A stretch of DNA of 64,000 nucleotides from Terriglobia bacterium (lineage in GTDB: Bacteria > Acidobacteriota > Terriglobia > 2-12-FULL-54-10). The notes below the pieces were generated by a model, which did not search any database, was not told where the DNA came from, and saw only the letters and a list, made by a program, of their open reading frames with translations. The DNA is taken from positions 1,152,001 to 1,216,000 of the forward strand of contig CAXVYR010000004.1 of the NCBI GenBank assembly GCA_963666975.2, in the 5' to 3' direction. Within the stretch, counting starts at the first letter, position 1. Each line of letters starts with the position of its first letter. Shown here piece after piece: positions 39,296 through 49,594 of this stretch. A program made the position numbers and the translations under genes.

Positions 39296-39862
39296 TTATT
39301 GGATGAACTGCTGCTTGCGCCAGCGGACGGCCTCGGATTCAAACGCCGGGATCGTCTGTCCGCCGCAGCCCAGGCAAGCGTCCCCGGAAGGGTGGTTGTA
39401 GTAGCCGCAGTGGGAACACTCCTCGGAATAGTGGGTGCACGGCACTTTCCGAAGGCCGCGAGGAATGCCGGCAGGAAATTGTCCGGCATCGCCCGGTGCG
39501 CGAGTCAGCAGGATCAGATAGCCCGCCGCATTCAGAAAAAACCCCAGAAAGAACCACGGAATCGGCGATAGAGCCTTATGCACCGCTGCTTGCGCGCAGG
39601 CTCCGGCGAAGATTAACCCGGCCAGGACGTAAACTCCGAGCATGAGCCATGCCGGCGACAGCGGCTGGCTGCTGGGTCCCTGCTCGCTGAACAGCGCGCC
39701 GCTCGGGCGGTCCGGGTCCGCTGGGGATTGCTGCGCCAGCGCAGCAAAAGGATTGATCAGGAAAACAGCAGTCAGGAAAACTGCGGCAAGACACAAAATA
39801 GAAAGACGCAAGCTTCTCGGCCCTCTCATGAGTTTTCTCCTGTTCTCAACGGCCGCTTTCAC
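39296..39862 (-). CDS. Membrane protein with C-terminal zinc ribbon
   Basis: Signal plus two TMs; CSHC...CLGC; ends 16 nt before the oxidoreductase start. Confidence 0.7.
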   Translation of the reverse strand: MKAAVENRRKLMRGPRSLRLSILCLAAVFLTAVFLINPFAALAQQSPADPDRPSGALFSEQGPSSQPLSPAWLMLGVYVLAGLIFAGACAQAAVHKALSPIPWFFLGFFLNAAGYLILLTRAPGDAGQFPAGIPRGLRKVPCTHYSEECSHCGYYNHPSGDACLGCGGQTIPAFESEAVRWRKQQFIQ

Positions 39863-39977
39863 TGAGATGCCCGAATTAGCTTAGCGATTCACCCCGTGAA
39901 AAGAAAGGGGAATGGGGAAAGACAAAAGCCAGGTGGAACGGAAAGGGAAAGGAGCAGAGCGCGCCTCGCTGGGAATG

Positions 39978-40979
39978 TCACCCGGGAACTTCTGCGCCGA
40001 CCGTCTTCAAAACCAAATCCGCCATGGCCTGGATAAACTTCGGCGAATCGTTCAGTCCGGGCATCATCTCAAATTGCCGGAAGCCGGCCTGTAGCGCCTC
40101 CTCGCGCGCTTCGATGTCAATCTCATGCAGCGTCTCAATATGATCCGATACGAACGAGACAGGAACAACCAGCGCGTTCCTCACTCCCTCCGCGCCCAGC
40201 CGTGCAATGACCGCGTGCAGAGTGGGACCCAGCCAGCGCCCTGCTCCCACCCTGCTCTGGTAGCAGATCGTATGAGGAAAGGGCCAGCGGCCTCGTTCGA
40301 GGAGCAGCCGCACCGTGGCTTCCACCTGTTCCTGATAGGGGTCTCCGGCCTTAATGACGCTGATCGGCAGTCCATGCGCGCTGAAAATCATGTGTAACCC
40401 GCCCGGATGGGCGGATGAGCCGGCAAACTTTCCCACGCTCGAGTTTATTATTTCCACCACGGAATCGATATATCCCGGATCGTCGTGGAAGTCTTGAATC
40501 TTCCGGACGGGAACATTAGAGAAGGAGGAAGCTGGAAACTGCCTTCCCCATTCATTGAAGCTGCTGCCGGTGGTGGTCTTGGAGTATTGCGGATAGAGGG
40601 GCAACAGGATCAATTCGCTCCAGTCATCTTTGGCCAACTCGCGGAGGGCCTCGTCCGTCAAGGGATGCCAATAGCGCATCGCCACAACCACGCGGGCGTC
40701 AATGGACTTTTGCAACGCTTCTTCCAGCGCACGGGACTGCCTGCGGGTCCACTCCACGATGGGAGACTTGCCGCCGATGGCAGCGTATAACTTTTGAACT
40801 TTCTGGGCACGGCTTTTGGCCATCCGCCGGGCGAGGGGTTTACGAGCCAGCCTGGCCAGCGGAAAGTCGATGATATCCGGGTCCAAAAACAGGTTATGGA
40901 GAAAAGGCTCCACGGCCTCCAGGGAATCCGGTCCGCCCAACTGAAACAGCACAACGCCGACCTTTTTTCCCTCAGCCAT
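39978..40979 (-). CDS. hemH: Ferrochelatase
   Basis: QLGGP, AMRYWHP, LYPQYS..TTGSS, FSAHGLP, FVSDHIETLHEID. Confidence 0.97.
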   Translation of the reverse strand: MAEGKKVGVVLFQLGGPDSLEAVEPFLHNLFLDPDIIDFPLARLARKPLARRMAKSRAQKVQKLYAAIGGKSPIVEWTRRQSRALEEALQKSIDARVVVAMRYWHPLTDEALRELAKDDWSELILLPLYPQYSKTTTGSSFNEWGRQFPASSFSNVPVRKIQDFHDDPGYIDSVVEIINSSVGKFAGSSAHPGGLHMIFSAHGLPISVIKAGDPYQEQVEATVRLLLERGRWPFPHTICYQSRVGAGRWLGPTLHAVIARLGAEGVRNALVVPVSFVSDHIETLHEIDIEAREEALQAGFRQFEMMPGLNDSPKFIQAMADLVLKTVGAEVPG

Positions 40980-41174
40980 TTCTCCCCAACCAATTCCTCT
41001 CCACCGTATTCCCCTGATCGCAGTCCCGGAAGAACCGGGGTCCCCCCGTTAGCAGTTTTTTTTATAGCTAGGGATTCCAGGATTGCCGGCCGCACTCAGT
41101 GGAAATAACCGATTCCGCCCGCCCGGGAACTTGTTGCGAAAAGAATCCGATGTGCCCGGAAGCGGCCAGAAGCG

Positions 41175-41600
41175 TTAGATGGGTTTGATCATTACCAAGA
41201 TCAAGATTCCAAGAAAAACCGCCGCCACGCCTGCGCGCAAGCCAACACACTCGCCTCGCTGCATCTCGACCTTGCCCGATTGAAAGGCCTTTGCCCGGAA
41301 GTAAATCCGCAAATCCAGCCCCACCAAAAAAACAACCAGAAGAAGTTTGGCGTGCAGCCAGGGCGCCCGCATATAAAATCCGGGATCGGTGAGAACCAGC
41401 AGGATTCCCGTGATCACCATCAGGGCCGCCCCGGGATGGACGATTCCTTTGAAGATTTTATTCTCCAGGCGCGCCAGGGCCTTGCGCGCCTCCATACCGG
41501 CCTCCTGGCAGTGGGTGGTCAAGACGAAAGTTACAACCAGCAACGATCCAATCCATAAAACCATGGCCGGCAAGTGCAACACCAGCAACCAAGCTTGCAT
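41175..41600 (-). CDS. hemJ: Protoporphyrinogen oxidase HemJ-like (CopD family)
   Basis: Four TMs, LH..AMVLW and WLHAKL motifs, K-P C-terminus; upstream of hemH; GAGGAGG RBS. Confidence 0.75.
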   Translation of the reverse strand: MQAWLLVLHLPAMVLWIGSLLVVTFVLTTHCQEAGMEARKALARLENKIFKGIVHPGAALMVITGILLVLTDPGFYMRAPWLHAKLLLVVFLVGLDLRIYFRAKAFQSGKVEMQRGECVGLRAGVAAVFLGILILVMIKPI

Positions 41601-41852
41601 GCTCTTGTATCCTCCTCAGAGACAGGGGATTGCCACCGGGACATCCTGCAAACGGGCGCAGACCGGCTATGATACTCCAGACCGGGTATCGCTCCATCTC
41701 TTTTTTACAAGAGATTCATCCGGCTTCCAGCAAGGAGTGAACATCGTCTTCCCGATGATTGATTTTACAAACCGCGCGTTTTAGCTTAGCATTCCTACGG
41801 GGCATTCATACGGGAAGCAAGAAGGAAACTTGGTTGCAGGCTGAGGGGAACT

Positions 41853-42893
41853 ATGACACGTTTCTGGGAGCATGCAGCTGGGGTTGCAGCGGCGACCTCC
41901 GCCACCCCGACAGAGCCGTTCGAATGCACATGGGAGAAAGCCCAGGACTGGTGCAATTTTGTTGTACTCCGTCCGGACTGGCTCCCTCCCGATTGCCGTC
42001 TGGGGAAAGTTTCCGTGCGCCCGGAAACCGCGCGGCATCCGAGCAGCCTTCGGATGAGCGTAGAGGGCAAAGGGCGCTCGATGCGCCTGAAGCAGTTCTA
42101 CATGGACTGGTGGCTTCCCACCTCATCGGACATGAACCTTACCGCTCCGGGAACGGTTTTTGTGGCAGCCGGGATCGTGGGTTACCTGGGGCGCGACTAC
42201 AAAGGCCAGGAAGCGGCTTGCACGCACCGTTTCGGCGCCCTGTTAGAACTCTCGGTGACCAATGGACGCTTCCAGGCGGACGAGATTACAGCTTTTTTTG
42301 AGAACCTGCAGCCACAGGTCCCCGAGGCGGTTCGGAAACTCGGGGCGCTTCCCTTCGCCCAAATCAGCTACTATGCCCGGAAGGGACCCAACCCGGGCCC
42401 TGTAAACAACGATCTGGTAACCGGCTGCCAGTGGAGTGCCCAACGGCAAGAATTGCAGAACGCCTTCCAGCCAGGACAGATCTACTACCCGCGCCAGTTC
42501 CCCGCCTCCTACGCCTTTGACTCCTTAGGCACCCGTCACGAACGCTCCAGCAACCACTGGGAATACCAACTGCTGTTCCGCCATCAGGACAATTTGACCG
42601 ACAACATCTGGCTTCGGGCCGTGGGAGAAGAAACCGAAAAGCTCGTCTGGATTTCGCCCGGGCTGGATCAGCGGATGGGCATCCAACTGAAAAGGGTCAA
42701 ACTGCAGAACCGCACCCTAGGCGTGGGCTCCACCTCCGAGCCTTACGGAGAAAGAGTGGCCCAATGGGTGGAAAAGAAGATTGCTTGGGAGGTGCATGCC
42801 CGTGCATCTCTGCACATGAACGAGAAGGATTTTTTGTTCTTTTTGGACTCGCTTTCTCCTGAAAAAACGTCTCCGGCTGGACCCTCCAAATAA
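41853..42893 (+). CDS. Hypothetical protein
   Basis: 346-aa ORF with GAGGGG RBS; no family recognised. Confidence 0.7.
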   Translation: MTRFWEHAAGVAAATSATPTEPFECTWEKAQDWCNFVVLRPDWLPPDCRLGKVSVRPETARHPSSLRMSVEGKGRSMRLKQFYMDWWLPTSSDMNLTAPGTVFVAAGIVGYLGRDYKGQEAACTHRFGALLELSVTNGRFQADEITAFFENLQPQVPEAVRKLGALPFAQISYYARKGPNPGPVNNDLVTGCQWSAQRQELQNAFQPGQIYYPRQFPASYAFDSLGTRHERSSNHWEYQLLFRHQDNLTDNIWLRAVGEETEKLVWISPGLDQRMGIQLKRVKLQNRTLGVGSTSEPYGERVAQWVEKKIAWEVHARASLHMNEKDFLFFLDSLSPEKTSPAGPSK

Positions 42894-43184
42894 CACTGGC
42901 CAAAGCAGTGGGCACATGCTCGCAGGGCCAGCCTCACCTAAGCTGTCCGGATATGACCACGAGAGCACACCGTCCTCCCTCGGCATTCCAGCACAACCTT
43001 TATGACCGGAGTGAAAGGTAACATGACGTATCCGGGTCCCAGACTTTCCGAAGAATTTCAGGCCAATTCCGCAAAACTTTTGTTTAGGATAGCTGTTACT
43101 AGGAACCTTGGCTATACCCGTTTCAGCGTTGGTGTAGAGTCGGTGTAAAGTTACGTTGTTGGCGAATCCATCCGAGCCGCGAGA

Positions 43185-43222
43185 GCCTGCCCTGAGCGAA
43201 GCCGAAGGGAGCTTGCCGAAGG
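43185..43222. repeat. REP-like short palindrome remnant
   Basis: GCCCTGAGCGAAGCCGAAGGG between convergent genes. Confidence 0.45.
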
Positions 43223-43255
43223 ACGCGCGGCTCTGACGATACACGAGTTGCGGCC

Positions 43256-44218
43256 TTACTCGTTGCCGCCCTCGCCCGCGAGGACCTCCATCAGCGAGAG
43301 GGGGTCCACACGCGCTCCGCTCAAACGGAGCGTCCAGTGCAGGTGGGGTCCGGTGACCCGCCCCGTGGCGCCCACATAGCCGATTATTTCTCCCGCCGCG
43401 ATTTGCTCTCCCTCCGAAACTGCCCGGCTGGAAAGATGGGCAAAATAAGAGTACATCCCCATGCCGTGGTCCAGGATCACGACATTTCCCGAGTAGTACT
43501 GCTCGGCGGCCAGCATGACCTTCCCTGCATTGGGCGCTTGTACCGGCGTCCCTTCCCCGGCACGGAAGTCCGTTCCGCTGTGAGGGCTGCGCGGCTGCCC
43601 GTTCAGAATGCTTCGCTTGCCAAAACTGCTGGTGGCCGCGCCGGGCACCGGGCGCAAGAAGGCCCCGCTCCAGAACCGGTCCGGCGAGGCTTTGGCGAAA
43701 ATCGCCGCAACCTGCCGCGACTCCCGCCGGATGCGCTCCAGTTGTTCCGCCGGTGGATTCACGAACCCTTCTTTTACCGTCAGCCGCCGGGTAGGAAATT
43801 GCTTGTCTTTCACGGCGAGATCATAGTCGGCTTGAAAGTTCACTCCATCCCGGCGGGTAACTGACAACCGGACTTGGTAATTCTTTGGCTCCACATTCAG
43901 GTCAATCCCCACCAAGCCGCTCCAGGCCCTCGCGCTTTCGCCCGGGAAGAAAAGAAATGTTTTGCCAAACGCCTTCGCCTCAATCTTTTCCAGCGGCAAG
44001 GGGGAGGCAACCCTCATCAGAACCACCTCGCCCGGCTGCAGAGAGCGCGCCTCGTGCGTAATGTTTAGATCAATTTCCGCCGGAGCGAGGCGGCCGCCGG
44101 CCCAGGCGGATAAAGCTGCCAAGGCGAGTACCAATCCGAACAGCCGGCCCAGGCGTGCTTTCTGGACGCAAAAACCTCGGACGGCTAAATGGTTAGTCCC
44201 TTGGTTTGTCATTTTCAT
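43256..44218 (-). CDS. M23 family metallopeptidase
   Basis: HSGTD (HxxxD), YFAHLS, GATGRVTGPHLHW. Confidence 0.93.
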   Translation of the reverse strand: MKMTNQGTNHLAVRGFCVQKARLGRLFGLVLALAALSAWAGGRLAPAEIDLNITHEARSLQPGEVVLMRVASPLPLEKIEAKAFGKTFLFFPGESARAWSGLVGIDLNVEPKNYQVRLSVTRRDGVNFQADYDLAVKDKQFPTRRLTVKEGFVNPPAEQLERIRRESRQVAAIFAKASPDRFWSGAFLRPVPGAATSSFGKRSILNGQPRSPHSGTDFRAGEGTPVQAPNAGKVMLAAEQYYSGNVVILDHGMGMYSYFAHLSSRAVSEGEQIAAGEIIGYVGATGRVTGPHLHWTLRLSGARVDPLSLMEVLAGEGGNE

Positions 44219-44248
44219 CCGATGCTTCCTAAAAGCGCTCGGCGTTCC

Positions 44249-45671
44249 TTAGGGAAAGTTCGCGACACTTCGGGCCTCTCCTGTTAACTCCAGAATATGC
44301 ATGCCGGTGTTGGCGCGGTCAACTATGTAAATATACCCGCGGTCGTCCACTTCAACGTTATTGGTCTGGATGGCCACTTTGCACCGCTCCTCCCCGTCCA
44401 TTGTCACACAACGCCGGTCCGTATTCGCGGTGGTGGCCGGTATGTAGTAAGCGATCTCTTTTGGGGTGGAAGGGGTCCCGAATGTCCAGCGCGCGGACCC
44501 CCGCATTGAAGTAGGAGACAAAAACGATCCGCTTGTAATAGATCGGCGTGAAGGACTCGTTGGTGGCGTGCGGGCCGAAGCGCCCGCCCCGCTGGCAGAA
44601 TTCGCCCTCTGACTCAGGCACCTGATAGGTCGATACAGGCGTGGGCTTGGTTGGGTCCGTGATATCGATGAAGAATACAGCGTGACGGAACTCCTGGCAC
44701 TCATTCTGGGTGGATTCCGATGGCATCACAATGAAGTCCCGAACTTTTCCATACAGGTTGTCCTTGAAATCGGGAATCTCAATCCCCAAGACGGGGAAGG
44801 TAGTATGCCCTCCCCATGCAGGATTCATGTCTATGCGGCCGATTTGGGGATAGAGCAGGTTTTCCGGCGTCGGCTCGGGAGCCCCTCGCAGAAGTTTGTC
44901 CCGGTCTACGATCTGGATAATAGCGCCGCTCGATGAGCCGTAACCAAAGTAGACGCGGTCGTCCAGCACGATGGGTCCATGAAGGTCGGTGGGCACCTTC
45001 TCCATCTGCGAACCCGGCTCTTGGCCAACCAAACCGAAGTCCCGGATCAACACCGGCGCCTCCGGGTTGCTTAAGTCGAAAATTTTTGTTCCCCGGGCCC
45101 GCCAATCCGGGTCAGCGGAAACAATGTAAGCAATTCCGGTATCGCACTCCCACCAATTTTTGTGGATGCTCTTCATCCCGTCGACTACCTTGCTCAGGAA
45201 TTGCGGCTCGCTCGGAGAGGTGACGTTCCAGAGCTCGTGCCCCGCCGAGCCGATGCTGCGGAGCAGGTAGGCCTTCCCATCGATCATACAGGCGCGGTTC
45301 ATCTGCGCGCCGCTGCTCCCCCTGGTGATTGTTGCATCGCCGGGGATATGGGAAAGGCCCTGCGGGTTCCGAGGGTGGGTCACGTCCACGATCATCGTGC
45401 CGTTCGGCTCGACCGTCCCGCTCACGGGGTTAAAGGAGCTGCCACCCAGCAAGCCGATATAGGCGATCCAGCGGTTACCCTGCTGCAGGATGACGGGCTG
45501 GTAGGCGGAGCGGCTCTGGAGATCATGAAAACCCACGACTCGCATGTTCTTGCCTTCCGATCCGTGGCCTCCCAGACTTTGCTGCGCCGCCGCATCGCCC
45601 GCGCTCCAGGCCAACACGACGAAAAACACTGCTGTGGAAAAAAGCAATCCTCCCGGCAATCGTCGCGTCAT
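44249..45671 (-). pseudogene. Secreted LVIVD-like beta-propeller protein with +1 frameshift at about 44459-44462 (pseudogene or sequence error)
   Basis: IVDVTHP/IFDLSNP/IDITDP/LDIRDP repeats; removing one A from CCC-AAAA-GAG joins DPFHPK to EIAYYIPA in ORF 44249-44704. Confidence 0.8.
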
Positions 45672-45773
45672 CGTCTCTCCTCCCCCGGACACTTGAATGA
45701 GCACCTGAATCGCTGCATAAATTATCGGGCGTCTGATGCCTCGTCCTATCACTCGCCGGTACCCGCAGCCGCG

Positions 45774-48038
45774 TTAGAAAATTTCCGGGAAATAATACGT
45801 CATCACGGCATTGAGATACTTGTCCGAGACGATGACGGTCTTGTTCTTGGCGTCAAAAGTCACCCCGCGCGGCTGGCGCAACATCCCCTTTGGCCCTCCA
45901 ATCTTCCACCGCGGCGGAACGTCCCCGTTGTCCTCGAGGATGCTCCATACGCCCACAAAGGCCTCATTGGACGAAAGTCTTTCGCCCGGCCCGGACCCCG
46001 GACCCGGGACAGCCGCCAGGACCAAGCCACGGGGCGGATAGACCTGGATTCGCTGCGTTCGTGTGATACCTGTCTTGGGGCCGCTGATCACAGCTTTCGG
46101 TTTCACGTTACCCTCGTCGGTGCGGTTAAAAATCATCAGACCCCTTCTGCTGTCTCCTCCTTCCTCCCAGCTCGCCGACACGACAAGCAAGTTGTGGACC
46201 GGGTCCACGGCGACCTCGGTGGGACTCCACGGCGTGCCGGGGCCCTCCAGGATCCGGACCGGCGCTGCATTTCCATTTGCCTCCCGCGCAAAAACCAGGA
46301 CCCGGCTTGCCCCTCCCGCCTCAGGAACGAAAATCTCGTTGTGCACCGGATCGACCGTCACCTTGTCGGGATTCCTTAACAGCGTGCGGAGCCCCTGGAT
46401 TACCCGGATCGGGGACTCCTCCCCATCGGCTCCTCCACGGAACGTCATCACCGACTGGGAGAACGGCTGCGGCACCGTGATTTCATCATGGATCTCATCG
46501 TAGAAAATGCCGTGCATCGTCCGGCCCAACATTGTTTTTTGTCCCTCAATCTTCCGGTTCGCTGTGGCTCCCCCTTCCGCCAGCCTGGCGAAAGCCGCAA
46601 TCTGCGGGTGGGCCACTCAGTTGGGCACCAGTATCTCTGCCCGCTTGGTGTCATAGGTTACAGCGCCCGGATTGCCAATCATCAAAGACGGCTCGCCAAT
46701 CGGCGCGCTGCGGATCGTGCGCAGAGGCGGCGTGTCGCCCTCCGCTGTGGGTTTATAGACGGTCGCCGAGTGATTGCCGAAGTTGGCCACCCACAGCTCG
46801 TCATTCTTAGTGTCCAAAAACAGGCCCGTGGGATTTTTGATGCCGCTGTTGGGGCCTTTCAACACCCGAATGGGAGCCACGTCACCATTGGCAGTCGCGC
46901 GGAAGACCAGGACGGAATCTCCCTGGTCATTGGCAACAAACAGTTCCCCTCGCTCCGGGTCAACGGCAATTCCCGCCGCCCAGTTCAATTGGGTCCGGGA
47001 ACCTTCGATCACCCGCAACGGAGCAGCATTCCCGCTCGCGGTCCGGGAGTACACCGTGATCGAAGGCGGCACCGTCGTGCCCGAACCGGGGATCGCTACG
47101 TCCTCGCCCTTCGGCCAATTCGCTTTCCCTTTGGCTCTTCCGAGAGTTCCCTCCCCGTCGGCGTCCGCGCGATGTTGCCGGACCGAGCCGTGATTGGTGA
47201 CGTAGATGAGATTATTCTTCGTATCCACGGCAATGCCGTGGGGGTCCGCCAGGCGAGTGCGATCTCCCTGAAGCAGGCGGATGGGGGCATCGTCGCCTTC
47301 GGCCATCTTGTTGTATACCACCACCGCGTTGTCGTGCTGGATGGTGAGGAAAAGCTCCTCCCGCTGTTCATCCACCGTAATGCCAAAAGTCCCGTGCGGC
47401 GTGGCCAGCTGCCGCGTCGGAGGCACGTCCCCGTTGGCCTGGCGGTCAAAAATCACCAGTGTGTCCACCGTGTCGTTGTTGACGGCGTATATATCCCCGC
47501 TGGCCGGGTCAATATACAGGCCGCACTGAAATTCGATTCTCGTGTGTTCTCCCCCGATCTTGCGCTTTGGTTCGGTCATGGCCGCGTTGGGGGGCGTATT
47601 GTCCAGCCGGTCGTAGACCATAATGTTGAAGAAGCTTTCGTCCGTCATGACAACTTCCCCGCGCACCGGGTCCACCGCAACAGCGCTGTAGGAGGAATAG
47701 GGATCCCGAATGACCCGAAGCGGCGCTCTCGGGGCGGTTTCCTCGCCGCTGTTCTGAGCGACAGTCCGTGCCCCGCTGCCAGCGGAAAGCCTTTCCTGCC
47801 GCATGGCGGCCAGCAGCGTAGTGCCGGTGCTGGCGGGCACCCACTCGCACATTACCCCGTCCATCGCCGGCAAAGGCTCCACGGAGATCAGTTGAGGAGA
47901 CCCAGTAGGCCTCCGAGCCAAGACCGACAGCCTTTCGCCGGTGACCCCGCTGGATAGCACGAATCCGGCAAGAGTCCCGGTCACTGCGAGAATTGCAATC
48001 AGCAATGCCTTCCGTCGCAAATAAGATGCTTGCGCCAT
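45774..48038 (-). CDS. Exported multi-blade beta-propeller (NHL/lactonase-like) with in-frame TGA at 46617-46619; candidate 754-aa selenoprotein
   Basis: ORFs 46617-48038 and 45774-46616 are in the same frame with zero gap; repeat register continues across EILVPN*VAHPQIAAF; AGGAGGAGG RBS at first ATG, none at the GTG. Confidence 0.8.
46564..46616 (-). promoter_or_regulatory. Candidate SECIS-like structure immediately 3' of the in-frame UGA
   Basis: GUGGC...GCCAC basal stem enclosing CCGCA-GAU-UGCGG and CUUUCGCCA-GGC-UGGCGGAAG hairpins. Confidence 0.5.
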
Positions 48039-48145
48039 GTCAGTTCCTCCTCCTTTAATCTTTTAACCTTAGTTCGCAATCGGGTCGCTTCTAAGTTCCG
48101 TCAGCGGCTTCCAACTCATCGGCGATGGCGATATTGTCCCGCGCG

Positions 48146-49594
48146 GAGGGTGTCCCATACATAGTTGAAGGTTGAACGGCGGTTCGGCCCGAATCGAATA
48201 GAATCGGGCCAAGCCTAAATCCTATAGAAGGAGAACCGCCGAATGAAGGGAAAATATCACGTTTTGGAACTGGGTTCCAAGGGAGCCGAAGAAACCATCC
48301 AGAAGTTTTGCCAAACCAACGGACAGATGCTGTTGCCGGTGGTGGATCTGATCACGGAGGCGCGTCTGGCGGTGGATGAGGTGATTGATCGGGCCGGGCG
48401 AGGTTTGATTGAAACGATTCTGAGCATGAGCGCAGAGCAAATCGCGGGGCCAAAGAGTCCCGGGAAGGCGAGCGGAGAGGTGCGCTGGCATGGCCGGCAA
48501 TTGGGGAGGGTGAAACTGGCCGATCGCCAGCTGCGGGTGGAGCGGCCCCGGCTGCGCCGGAAGGGCGGAGGGGAAGAAGCGGTGCCGGCCTACGAAGCAC
48601 TGCGGAAAAGCGAGAAGACGGGCGAGGAGATGTTCGAGGCACTGTTGAAAGGGGTTTCGACGCGGAACTACCGCGAGGTGATCCCGGAGATGGCCAACAG
48701 CGCTGGGGTGTCGAAGTCTCAGGTGAGCCGGGAAGCGGCCGAGCAAGGAGCGCGGCGGCTGGAAGAACTGTTGGCGCGGCGCTGGGAGGAGGTCGAGATT
48801 CTGGTGATTTACCTGGACGGAATGCGGTTCGGCTCCCACCACGTCATCAGCGCCGTGGGCGTGGACAGCGAGGGCCGCAAGCATGTGCTGGGGATTCAAC
48901 TGGGCGCGACCGAAAACGCCGCTGCGGTGAAAGACCTTCTCACCCGCCTGCGCCAGCAAGGTTTGCGCACGGATCAGCGCTATCTGTTTGTGATCGACGG
49001 CGCCAAAGCGCTCCGCGCGGGGATCGAGGAAGTATTCGGCAGCAATCAGCTGGTGCAGCGTTGCCGTACTCATAAGCTGCGCAACGTGGCTGAGCGGTTA
49101 CCAAAGGGCGACAAAATGCTGGCGAATCAGGTGCGGTCGCTGATGCGCGCCGCCTGGCGATTGCCCCAAGCCGAGGAAGGCATCGTGCGCATAAAAAAGC
49201 TCGCTGGGATGATCGAGTGCGATCATCCGGCAGCAGCCGCCAGCTTGCGCGAAGGGTTGGAGGAGACCTTTACGATCAATCGAGCCGACGTTCCTCCCAG
49301 CCTCCACCGCTGCCTGGCAACCACGAACCTCATCGAGAGCCCGCAGTCGGGCGTGCGGAAAAAGACTGGCAATGTTTGCCGCTGGCGCGACGGCGAGATG
49401 ACGTTGCGCTGGGTGGCAGGAGCGTTTCTGCTGACCGAGAAGAATTTCCGGAAGATCATGGGTTATCACGATCTCTGGGCTTTGGCATCGATTCTCGGCC
49501 GAAGTCCAAACGCTGCTTCCTCTCACAAGGAGGAAGTGGCGTAATATGAACTCAACCCGCCGTCCCAACCTGCAACTGAGTTTGGGACACCTTC
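48146..49594 (+). mobile_element. IS256-family element, copy 1 (1449 bp)
   Basis: TIRs GAGGGTGTCCCATAC/GAAGGTGTCCCAAAC; 8-bp TSD CCCGCGCG at 48138-48145 and 49595-49602. Confidence 0.95.
48243..49544 (+). CDS. IS256-family transposase
   Basis: GVSTRNY, IYLDG, VIDGAKAL, QRCRTHK and TTNLIES motifs. Confidence 0.95.
   Translation: MKGKYHVLELGSKGAEETIQKFCQTNGQMLLPVVDLITEARLAVDEVIDRAGRGLIETILSMSAEQIAGPKSPGKASGEVRWHGRQLGRVKLADRQLRVERPRLRRKGGGEEAVPAYEALRKSEKTGEEMFEALLKGVSTRNYREVIPEMANSAGVSKSQVSREAAEQGARRLEELLARRWEEVEILVIYLDGMRFGSHHVISAVGVDSEGRKHVLGIQLGATENAAAVKDLLTRLRQQGLRTDQRYLFVIDGAKALRAGIEEVFGSNQLVQRCRTHKLRNVAERLPKGDKMLANQVRSLMRAAWRLPQAEEGIVRIKKLAGMIECDHPAAAASLREGLEETFTINRADVPPSLHRCLATTNLIESPQSGVRKKTGNVCRWRDGEMTLRWVAGAFLLTEKNFRKIMGYHDLWALASILGRSPNAASSHKEEVA

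Noticed and set aside
682-47957. Long antisense or alternate-frame ORFs (e.g. 682-1743, 4235-5524, 25215-26393, 45162-46379, 46488-47957)
   Set aside because: Shadows of well-supported genes in GC-rich DNA, with no motifs.
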